Source: an uncultured Bacilli bacterium
Lineage (GTDB): Bacteria; Bacillota_I; Bacilli_A; RF39; UBA660
Direction: 5' to 3'
Assembly (NCBI GenBank): GCA_934119965.1
Contig: CAKOTA010000001.1
Location: forward strand, 64,129 to 128,128
Length of the DNA stretch: 64,000 bases
Each line of letters begins with the position of its first letter. Positions within the stretch are counted from its first letter, which is position 1. Below the pieces are notes generated by a model. It made no database searches. It was given only the letters and a program-made list of their open reading frames with translations, and was not told where the DNA came from. The position numbers were made by a program, and so were the translations under genes. Positions 49,018 through 56,693 of the stretch are shown one piece after another.

Positions 49018-49030
49018 TTTGACTTTTTTT
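49004..49030 (+). terminator. Rho-independent terminator after xseB
   Basis: AAGTCAAA gaataa TTTGACTT followed by a T-run. Confidence 0.8.
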
Positions 49031-49047
49031 GATGAAAAAAGTATTAT
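49019..49047 (+). promoter_or_regulatory. Sigma-A type promoter nested in the xseB terminator
   Basis: TTGACT, 17-nt spacer, TATTAT. Confidence 0.55.
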
Positions 49048-49065
49048 ATTTACTGGTGATTTTAA

Positions 49066-49812
49066 ATGGAAACAATTAATATCCGTTATTTAGACTATAA
49101 TCATAATGCCATTTGTAGTTCTGAGGCAATGTTATATAATTCTTCGCTTGGTCTTTTTAAACGTTTTAATATAAATACTCCAATGCATATAAAAGAAAAT
49201 AAAAAAAGAAAACTATTAGAACTAGAAAAAATTACTATATTGAAACAATATTATAACGAAATAATTTGTTTAGTAAACAATTATACTGATGAATATTTAG
49301 CAGGATATGTTATCAAACCAAGTAATGGATATCCGTTAGATGAAACCTTTTTACTTCCAGAAGAAAAAATAAAAATATTAAAAAGATTAAAAGAAATAAT
49401 TTCACTTTTTGAGAAAAATGGAGTTATATATGAAGATATTCATTTTGATAATATTTATTATGATGAAAAAAGTGATAAATTAGAACTCATTGATATTGAT
49501 AATATAGAAATTAATGGTTATAAAAAAGATTTGGAATCATTTTTAACTAGAAAATATTATATGTATGGCGGCAAAAATGCAAAAAACGCTCGAATATTTA
49601 ATTTTAATTTAATTACATATATGTATTTAACAAATAATTTTTCTAGCTATAATATAAGAGATTTAATAAAAAGTTTTAATAAAGATGTAAGTAAAATAAA
49701 AAACAAAAAAATTTGCAAAATTTTTAATAAATTATTAACTGCTGAGATTAATAGTGAATGTGACAATATATATTTAATTGATATGATAGATGAAAAAATA
49801 CTTAGAAAATAG
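49066..49812 (+). CDS. Protein-kinase-like fold protein (APH/CotS/choline-kinase-type catalytic loop)
   Basis: YEDIHFDN (compare hGDlHxxN) followed 12 aa later by LIDIDN (compare the DFG-equivalent iDfD). 248 aa. Confidence 0.45.
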   Translation: METINIRYLDYNHNAICSSEAMLYNSSLGLFKRFNINTPMHIKENKKRKLLELEKITILKQYYNEIICLVNNYTDEYLAGYVIKPSNGYPLDETFLLPEEKIKILKRLKEIISLFEKNGVIYEDIHFDNIYYDEKSDKLELIDIDNIEINGYKKDLESFLTRKYYMYGGKNAKNARIFNFNLITYMYLTNNFSSYNIRDLIKSFNKDVSKIKNKKICKIFNKLLTAEINSECDNIYLIDMIDEKILRK

Positions 49813-49869
49813 TATTTTTTTAATATTCTATTTAATAATAATAATGTAGTCTGTATTTAAAAGGAGACG

Positions 49870-50850
49870 ATGTATATGTTTTTTAAAAAAATAAAAAAAC
49901 CATTGTCAATTCTTCTTTTAACTATTTTTATTATGCCAATAAACATACTTGCTTATTCTGATTACATAATTCCAGGTGGCGAAAATATTGGTATAGAAGT
50001 TAAAACAAATGGAGTATTAGTTGTTGGAGTTTATGAAATAGATGGAAAATATCCGTCAGTTGAATCAGGTTTAAAAATTGGTGACACAATTATTAAAGTA
50101 GATGGCAAAAAAATTTCATCAATAAGTGAATTAGGTTCTTCATTAAATAAATCAGAACTACCAATATCATATCTAAGAAATAATAAAGAATATGATACAA
50201 CTCTAAAATTAGTTAATGTTAATGGTGAATATAAAACTGGATTATATGTTAAAGATACAGTAACTGGAGTCGGAACATTAAGTTTTATTGATCCAAATAC
50301 GAAACTATATGGGGCATTAGGTCATGAAATAATAGAATCTAGTACTGGTGTTATGTTAGAAACTAATAATGGTAGTATATTTGAGTCGACCGTTTTAAAT
50401 GTCGAAAGAAGTGAAAATGGTAATCCAGGTAGTAAAATAGCTGATTTAAAATTAGAAAATAAAAAAGGAACTATATTTGAAAATACTAATAAAGGAATAT
50501 TTGGAAAATATACAAGTAGTTTACCAGACAAAAAGCAATATAAGGTAGCAACTCCTAATGAAATTAAAACAGGAGCAGCTAAAATATATACTGTTCTAAA
50601 TGGAAATGAAATAAAAGAGTATTCAATAAATATAATTAAAATAAACAAAAATGATACCAAAAATATTCTATTTGAAATAACAGATAACGAATTATTAAAT
50701 AGAACTGGAGGAATTATACAAGGAATGAGTGGTTCCCCAATTATTCAAGGTGAAAATATAATTGGTGCAGTTACCCATGTTGTAGTTGATAATCCTACTA
50801 GAGGATATGGTATATTTATTACAAAAATGTTAGAAGAAGCAGAAAATTAG
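49870..50850 (+). CDS. spoIVB: SpoIVB-type serine peptidase (S55) with PDZ domain
   Basis: Signal anchor, PDZ (GLKIGDTIIKVDGKKI), GALGHEI (His) and GMSGSPI (Ser). The start may be the second ATG at 49876. Confidence 0.85.
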   Translation: MYMFFKKIKKPLSILLLTIFIMPINILAYSDYIIPGGENIGIEVKTNGVLVVGVYEIDGKYPSVESGLKIGDTIIKVDGKKISSISELGSSLNKSELPISYLRNNKEYDTTLKLVNVNGEYKTGLYVKDTVTGVGTLSFIDPNTKLYGALGHEIIESSTGVMLETNNGSIFESTVLNVERSENGNPGSKIADLKLENKKGTIFENTNKGIFGKYTSSLPDKKQYKVATPNEIKTGAAKIYTVLNGNEIKEYSINIIKINKNDTKNILFEITDNELLNRTGGIIQGMSGSPIIQGENIIGAVTHVVVDNPTRGYGIFITKMLEEAEN

Positions 50851-50871
50851 AGACTTATTAGTCTCTTTTTT
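50849..50871 (+). terminator. Rho-independent terminator after spoIVB
   Basis: AGAGACT tatt AGTCTCT followed by TTTTT. Confidence 0.85.
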
Positions 50872-50879
50872 GATATAAT
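50871..50879 (+). promoter_or_regulatory. Extended -10 element (TGaTATAAT) for the radical SAM gene
   Basis: Lies directly after the spoIVB terminator, 16 nt upstream of the ATG at 50895. Confidence 0.5.
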
Positions 50880-50894
50880 TAGTATGGTGATAAA

Positions 50895-51692
50895 ATGTAT
50901 AAAAAAATATATATTGAAGTTACAAATAATTGTAATTTGAAATGTGATTTTTGTATAAAAAATACTCGAAAAATTGAATATCTTGAAATAGAAAAATTCA
51001 AAAAAATATTAAATAAAATTAATGGATACACTGATTACTTATATTTTCATATATTAGGTGAACCTTTAATGCATCCTGAAATCAATGAATTAATAAATAT
51101 TGCTTCTCAAAAATTTAAAATAAATATAACTACAAATGGATACTTAATTGATAGAATAAAAAATAATAAAAATATTCGTCAATTAAATATATCATTACAT
51201 AGTTATAATGAAAAATATGGAGTAAGTTTAGATGAATATTTAAATAAAATATTTGAAACTGTAGATGAGTTAAAAAAATATACCTATATATCTTTTAGAT
51301 GTTGGGTAAAAAATAAATATAATGATGAAATATTAAAGAAAATTAATAAAAAATATGGAACTAATTTAACATTTGAAACAATTAAAAATAATACAACAAT
51401 CAGTAATAATATTTTTATTAGTAAAATCAATGAATTTGTTTGGCCAGACTTGAACAATGAAAGAAAAAATAAGTGTGGTAAGTGCTACGCACTAAAAGAT
51501 CATATTGGAATTTTAGTTGATGGAACAATAGTTCCTTGTTGTCTAGACACAAAAGGAATAATTAAATTAGGAAATATTTATGACAATGAATTAAATGAAA
51601 TAATCGAATCAAATAGATATAAAAATATGTTATTAGGGTTTAAAAAAAATCAAAAGATAGAAGAATTGTGCCAAAAATGTAATTTTCTATAA
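50895..51692 (+). CDS. Short radical SAM protein with C-terminal SPASM/twitch-like Cys cluster
   Basis: CNLKCDFC (CX3CX2C) at residues 13-20. C-terminal CGKC ... VPCC ... CQKC. 265 aa. Confidence 0.8.
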   Translation: MYKKIYIEVTNNCNLKCDFCIKNTRKIEYLEIEKFKKILNKINGYTDYLYFHILGEPLMHPEINELINIASQKFKINITTNGYLIDRIKNNKNIRQLNISLHSYNEKYGVSLDEYLNKIFETVDELKKYTYISFRCWVKNKYNDEILKKINKKYGTNLTFETIKNNTTISNNIFISKINEFVWPDLNNERKNKCGKCYALKDHIGILVDGTIVPCCLDTKGIIKLGNIYDNELNEIIESNRYKNMLLGFKKNQKIEELCQKCNFL

Positions 51693-51710
51693 ATATGATA
51701 TCGAAAAAAG

Positions 51711-51739
51711 TTGATTTTTAGCGCTTGCTATGTTATTAT
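51711..51739 (+). promoter_or_regulatory. Sigma-A type promoter for the secreted-protein/SipW cassette
   Basis: TTGATT, 17-nt spacer, TGtTATTAT. RBS GGGAGGG lies before the ATG at 51769. Confidence 0.6.
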
Positions 51740-51768
51740 TTATATAGAAAATATGGGAGGGTATATAA

Positions 51769-52302
51769 ATGAGAAAAGATACAAATAAAAATTCAGTGAT
51801 TATTTCTTGCTTAGTTGTTGCTATAATAGCAATGTCAGTTGGATATGCCGCTTTAGCAGAACAATTAACAATTAATGGTACTGCTGGAACTGGAAATGCA
51901 AGTTGGGCAATTGCTTTTCAAAGTATAACAAAAAATGCATCATTATCAACTGATGGTGTAAATGAAGTTTCTGAACCTACTGCAAGTGGAACAAGTGCTA
52001 CATTCAATGTAACTTTTGATAAACCAGGAACTAAAATAGTTTATGATGTTGTTGTTAAAAATGGTGGAACAATCGATGCTATTTATGAAGGAATGTCTGG
52101 AGTAGATGAAGCAAATGAAGCAGCTCCAACTGAAATTCAATACAAAGTTGAAAAAACAGATTCAGATGTTGATTTATTACACAATGAAACAGATACATAT
52201 AGAATTACAATTGAATGGCCTTCAAGTTCAACAACTGTAAATAAAACAACTACTAGTAAACAAGCAACTATTCATTTTGATTATGCTCAAAAAACTGAAT
52301 AA
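51769..52302 (+). CDS. Secreted beta-rich protein with TasA/camelysin-style (SipW-type) signal peptide
   Basis: N-terminal K-rich plus hydrophobic span ending VGYAALAEQLTINGT. The FNVTFDKPGTKIVYDVVVKNGGTIDA segment resembles TasA LKPGDK...ENNGSL. 177 aa. Confidence 0.5.
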   Translation: MRKDTNKNSVIISCLVVAIIAMSVGYAALAEQLTINGTAGTGNASWAIAFQSITKNASLSTDGVNEVSEPTASGTSATFNVTFDKPGTKIVYDVVVKNGGTIDAIYEGMSGVDEANEAAPTEIQYKVEKTDSDVDLLHNETDTYRITIEWPSSSTTVNKTTTSKQATIHFDYAQKTE

Positions 52303-52328
52303 TTTGTTTACTTAAAACAGGTGATGTT

Positions 52329-53198
52329 ATGAAAAAGAATAAGGAAAATGGTAATATAGTCATATTAATTATAATATATTTTATATGTTTTATATTTATC
52401 AGTACCACTTATTCTTTTTTTAGTGAACAATTAGAATTAAATGGTACAGTTGGATTTTCTACCAATCAAGATAAACAATATGAAGAAGATCATTTACTTC
52501 AAAATAGTTGGCAACAAGGTAACTATTATTATTATCAATATAATTTAAATGTAAAATATACAGGAAATAATATTATAAGTAGTTGGGCAATAAATATTGA
52601 TGTACCATTAAGTACTGAAGTTACAGGATGTTACAATGCAAATGAATGTATTATAAATGATACTACAATGAGAATTAAAAATGCATCATGGAATGGTAAT
52701 ATGACAAATAATACAATTGTGTCACCAAGTTTTATAATTAAAACAACAGATAATAACTATCAGTTAAAAATTCTATCAGTTAATTTTTATACGGATGATG
52801 ATATTATAGATACAGATGAACCTATTAACCCAGATGAAAATGAGCCAACTGTATCAGGAATTACTGCTAGTTTAAAAACTAACAATTATTGGGGAAACAT
52901 TACTCAATTTGAACTGGAAATTAAAAATGAATCAGATGTAACATTATCTAGTTGGGAACTTAGATATCAAATTCCAACTGGAACTAAAGTAACAAATATT
53001 TGGGGCGGAAATTATATAATTAAAGATAATATATTAATATTAACTGGTATAGAGTGGAGTAAAAGTATACCTGCAGGAAGTATTAATAGTAATGTGGGAT
53101 TTCAAGTTGAAACAACATCTCAAGCACCAACAATGCTTAATTTAATTTCATTTAAAGGAACAAACTCTAATCAGGAAAATGTGGAGATAAAAATATGA
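52329..53198 (+). CDS. Secreted protein with SipW-type signal peptide and two CBM2-like beta-sandwich modules
   Basis: Signal peptide ends TTYSFFSEQLELNGT. The C-terminal module YWGNITQFELEIKNESDVTLSSWELRYQIPTGTKVTNIWGG...WSKSIPAGSINSNVGFQ tracks the CBM2 consensus (W.GF.a.V.V.N...W.l.f..p.G..v...W......WNG.i.aG....FGF). The N-terminal module repeats the pattern (SWQQGNYY...SSWAINIDVP...KNASWNGNM). Confidence 0.55.
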   Translation: MKKNKENGNIVILIIIYFICFIFISTTYSFFSEQLELNGTVGFSTNQDKQYEEDHLLQNSWQQGNYYYYQYNLNVKYTGNNIISSWAINIDVPLSTEVTGCYNANECIINDTTMRIKNASWNGNMTNNTIVSPSFIIKTTDNNYQLKILSVNFYTDDDIIDTDEPINPDENEPTVSGITASLKTNNYWGNITQFELEIKNESDVTLSSWELRYQIPTGTKVTNIWGGNYIIKDNILILTGIEWSKSIPAGSINSNVGFQVETTSQAPTMLNLISFKGTNSNQENVEIKI

Positions 53199-54352
53199 AA
53201 AAGATAGATAGTAGAAATTTAATTATATATATATTGATAATTATCAATTTACTTTTCATTAATTTGATTGGATATAAATATTTTAATAGCCTCACAAATA
53301 ACATTATTAATCCTTTATTTTGGATAGGCATAATGCTATTAAGTCTATATATTTTTAAAAACGATAAACAAAGAATTTCATCAAAAATAAACAAAGAACA
53401 AACAATATTTATAACTATATTAATATATCTAATGATATATTTTGTTCAAGGATTATTTTTTGGATATACAAAAAGTCCATATAATAAAAGTATATATGGA
53501 TTAATTGTAAATATATGGTCATATGTATTTCTTATTATATATCAAGAGTATGTTAGAAATATTCTTAGCAGAAATAGTACTAAAATATTAGTTGTAATCT
53601 TTTTTACTTTAATCGATATAAATTTATATTCATTTTTTAATATAAATGATTCAATATCATTATTTAAACAAATATCTTCAATTTTAATTCCTTCAATAGC
53701 AAGTAATATATTATTAGTATATTTAACTAGTAATTGTGGGTTTATATCTTGCTTACTATATAAGGTTCCAGTCGCTTTAGCAACATTTATATTACCAATA
53801 TTTCCAGATCTCAATTGGTTTTTTATATCAGTTGAACAAACAATATTACCATTTATTACTTATTTAATAATTAAAAATATAGAAGATAAAAGAACAAATA
53901 TTAGAAAAAAGCAATTAAGAAAGAAAAATAAAATTTCAATATTATTAGTGTTTATATTGTTGTTATTTATAGCATTTGTAGCTGGTTTGTTTAAATATAA
54001 ACCTACTTCAATTATGTCGAATAGTATGTATCCAGTTATTAAAAGAGGAGATATAGTTGTTTTAGAAAAAAAATCAATTGAACAATTAAATAATTTAAAT
54101 AAATATGATATAATAAGTTATAGACTTGAGAATATTAATGTTGTTCATAGAATTGTTGCGACTGAAAAACACAACAATGAAATACTATATATAACAAAAG
54201 GTGATAACAATAATATGGCTGATAAAGAAAAAGTCAAACCTAGTCAAATAAATGGAGTAATAAGATTTAAAATACCTAAGTTAGGTTATCCTAGCGTTTG
54301 GTTAAATGAGTTTTTAAATAAAAAACAAACTTTAGTAGAAACAGGAAAGTGA
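53195..54352 (+). CDS. Fusion of a ~245-aa polytopic membrane domain to a SipW-type (archaeal/ER-type, S26B) signal peptidase I
   Basis: ATGA overlap with the upstream gene. About 8 hydrophobic spans are followed by the anchor ISILLVFILLLFIAFVAGLF. Then come SNSMYPVIKRGDIVV, VVHRIV and TKGDNNNMAD, the Ser/His-type peptidase motifs. Confidence 0.7.
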   Translation: MKKIDSRNLIIYILIIINLLFINLIGYKYFNSLTNNIINPLFWIGIMLLSLYIFKNDKQRISSKINKEQTIFITILIYLMIYFVQGLFFGYTKSPYNKSIYGLIVNIWSYVFLIIYQEYVRNILSRNSTKILVVIFFTLIDINLYSFFNINDSISLFKQISSILIPSIASNILLVYLTSNCGFISCLLYKVPVALATFILPIFPDLNWFFISVEQTILPFITYLIIKNIEDKRTNIRKKQLRKKNKISILLVFILLLFIAFVAGLFKYKPTSIMSNSMYPVIKRGDIVVLEKKSIEQLNNLNKYDIISYRLENINVVHRIVATEKHNNEILYITKGDNNNMADKEKVKPSQINGVIRFKIPKLGYPSVWLNEFLNKKQTLVETGK

Positions 54353-54356
54353 TTTG

Positions 54357-55403
54357 ATGGAACAAAGAAGATTAAAATTGATTACAAAAATATTGTTGGT
54401 TTTTATAATAGTATTTTGTTTTACAACTTCAATATTTTTGTTATATTTATACATAGACTATAATAAAAATAAAGATGATAAATTAGTTTATGCATATAAT
54501 ATAAGTCAAAATGTTGACTACTCAGTTAATTTATTTGATAATAGTTTTATTAATGAAAACAATATCAAATCTAATGAAATGTATATATCTGAATTAATTA
54601 AAGATATAAATATTAATTATTATTTTGATTATTCAGCTACTAAAGATGCTAAACTAAAATTTAATTACAAAATAATTGGCACATTGGATGGAACATATCA
54701 AGGAACCAATTCAAATAATGAACAAGGTTCTGTATGGTCAAAAGAATATGTTTTATTAGAAGATGTAAGCAAGGAAATAAATTCTAAAAGTTTTTATATT
54801 AATCAGAATATCATTTTAGATTTTCCAAAGTACAAGGAAGAGGTAGAATCTTTTAAGAAAAAATTCGGAATGTCAGTTTCAACTAAAATGGATATTAAAT
54901 TTATTGTAAATATTAAAGGAAAAATAGATGAAAATGATTTTGACAAAGAAGAAACAATTGATTTAAATTTTCCTTTAGGAGTTCAAGCATTTTCTATATC
55001 TGAAGATTATAAGAAAAATATAAATGATAAGATTGCTACTAAAACAGATGTGAAATTATTTTCTTTCGCAAATATTCCAACAATAATATCGTTATTTGTA
55101 ATTTCTGTTTGTTTATTGATAATTTTTTATAAAAAAATATTTAATTTTAATCAAAAAAATGAATATACAAAAAAATTAGAAAAAATATTAAAGACTTATG
55201 ATGATGTAATTATTGAAATAACGACTCCAGTTAATATTGACGATTATGAAATAATAGAAGTAAAAGGAATTGAAGAAATGGTTGATTTAGAAGAAGAATT
55301 AAGAATTCCAATTAACTTTTATGAACATATACCAAATTATTATGGTGAGTTTACTTTAATTCATAATAATATAGTATATAGATACACATTGGAAGAAAAA
55401 TAA
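54357..55403 (+). CDS. Two-TM protein with large extracellular middle domain (DUF5305-like topology)
   Basis: RBS AGGAAAGTGA. TM near residue 10-35 and again at IPTIISLFVISVCLLIIFY, with an ~85-aa cytoplasmic tail. My recollection that DUF5305 proteins neighbour SipW-type peptidases is unverified. Confidence 0.4.
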   Translation: MEQRRLKLITKILLVFIIVFCFTTSIFLLYLYIDYNKNKDDKLVYAYNISQNVDYSVNLFDNSFINENNIKSNEMYISELIKDININYYFDYSATKDAKLKFNYKIIGTLDGTYQGTNSNNEQGSVWSKEYVLLEDVSKEINSKSFYINQNIILDFPKYKEEVESFKKKFGMSVSTKMDIKFIVNIKGKIDENDFDKEETIDLNFPLGVQAFSISEDYKKNINDKIATKTDVKLFSFANIPTIISLFVISVCLLIIFYKKIFNFNQKNEYTKKLEKILKTYDDVIIEITTPVNIDDYEIIEVKGIEEMVDLEEELRIPINFYEHIPNYYGEFTLIHNNIVYRYTLEEK

Positions 55404-55419
55404 TGTTAGGAGAGATTAT

Positions 55420-55872
55420 ATGTATCTAAAAGAATTTTTAAAAAAATACGAAGATCCAATCGAGTTATATGTTGATATGGATGGTGTAATTGCTGATTAT
55501 GTTATAGGAAAACCTTGTGATTTTGATAAAAAAAGACCGTTATATACATCAATAAAAAAATTAGAAGAGATTTCTAAAATGGGTAATGTTAATATGAATA
55601 TATTATCAATTACTAGAAAGACTATAGGTCGAACAGAAAAAAATGTATGGCTTGATAAATATGCTCCATTCTTTAAAAAAGAAAATAGAAATATAATATC
55701 TAAAGAAGAAAATCCTAACATTTCATCCGCAAATTTAAAATTAAATTTTTTAAAGAATGTAAATAATGATAAGATTGTTATCTTAATAGATGATGATCCA
55801 ATAATATTAAAAACAATCGAAAAAGAATTAAAAAATGTAGTATTATTGAAGGACACAGTTCTTGTAGATTAA
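55420..55872 (+). CDS. HAD-superfamily 5-prime(3-prime)-deoxyribonucleotidase-like protein
   Basis: LYVDMDGVIADY motif I, K..WLDKY and LIDDD motif. 150 aa. Confidence 0.5.
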   Translation: MYLKEFLKKYEDPIELYVDMDGVIADYVIGKPCDFDKKRPLYTSIKKLEEISKMGNVNMNILSITRKTIGRTEKNVWLDKYAPFFKKENRNIISKEENPNISSANLKLNFLKNVNNDKIVILIDDDPIILKTIEKELKNVVLLKDTVLVD

Positions 55873-55884
55873 TGAGGTGAATTT

Positions 55885-56685
55885 ATGAAAAAAAGAGTAA
55901 TAAGTGCGATTGTTGCGTTAGCAATCTTCGTTCCAATTTTTATTAAAGGTGGTTTTATTTATACTGCAGCAATGTATGTAGTTTCTATTTTAGGACTAAG
56001 AGAATTTTTGAAAGCAAAAAGTTCAAAGAAAGCAATGCCTGTTTTTATTGAATTTATTTCATATATTATTTTTTCTTTAATTGTCTTATCAAATATTAAT
56101 AATAATGAAATGATATATTCTGTTGATTTTAGAGTTTTATCAGGATTATTTTTAGTTTATTTAATTCCTACTGTTCTTTATCACGACAGAAGTTTGTATA
56201 GTGTAACAGATGCATTTTATTTAATAGCTGGAATTTTCTTTTTAGGTGTCAGTTTTTCTTTATTAATTATAATTAGAAATTTAAGTTTAGATTTAATTAT
56301 TTATTTATTTTTAATAACTACATTAACTGATTCATATGCTTATATAACTGGATCATTAATCGGTAGACATAAAATGTTAAAGGAAATTTCTCCAAATAAA
56401 ACTTGGGAAGGTATGATTGGTGGTACTTTAGCAGGTACTATTATAAGTGTTGTTTTTTATAGAATTGCTGTTGATCCAAGTGTATCAATTTATCAAATAA
56501 CTTTAATAACAACATTTTTATCAATTATTGGGCAATTTGGCGATTTATGTTTTTCAGCTATTAAACGATATTTTGGAATTAAAGACTTTTCAAATATTAT
56601 GCCAGGACATGGTGGAGTTTTAGATAGATTTGATAGTATAATATTTGTAGTTTTAGGTTTTATGTTTTTTATTAGTATTATATAG
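55885..56685 (+). CDS. cdsA: Phosphatidate cytidylyltransferase
   Basis: SAIKRYFGIKDFSNIMPGHGGVLDRFDS signature. Polytopic. Confidence 0.9.
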   Translation: MKKRVISAIVALAIFVPIFIKGGFIYTAAMYVVSILGLREFLKAKSSKKAMPVFIEFISYIIFSLIVLSNINNNEMIYSVDFRVLSGLFLVYLIPTVLYHDRSLYSVTDAFYLIAGIFFLGVSFSLLIIIRNLSLDLIIYLFLITTLTDSYAYITGSLIGRHKMLKEISPNKTWEGMIGGTLAGTIISVVFYRIAVDPSVSIYQITLITTFLSIIGQFGDLCFSAIKRYFGIKDFSNIMPGHGGVLDRFDSIIFVVLGFMFFISII

Positions 56686-56693
56686 GAGGTATT

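Noticed and set aside
50895-51768. The radical SAM/SPASM gene as part of a RiPP cluster with a small precursor peptide.
   Set aside because: No short ORF with an RBS lies in the 76-bp gap or upstream. No transporter or protease typical of RiPP loci is adjacent. The link is kept only as a lower-confidence association with the secreted proteins.
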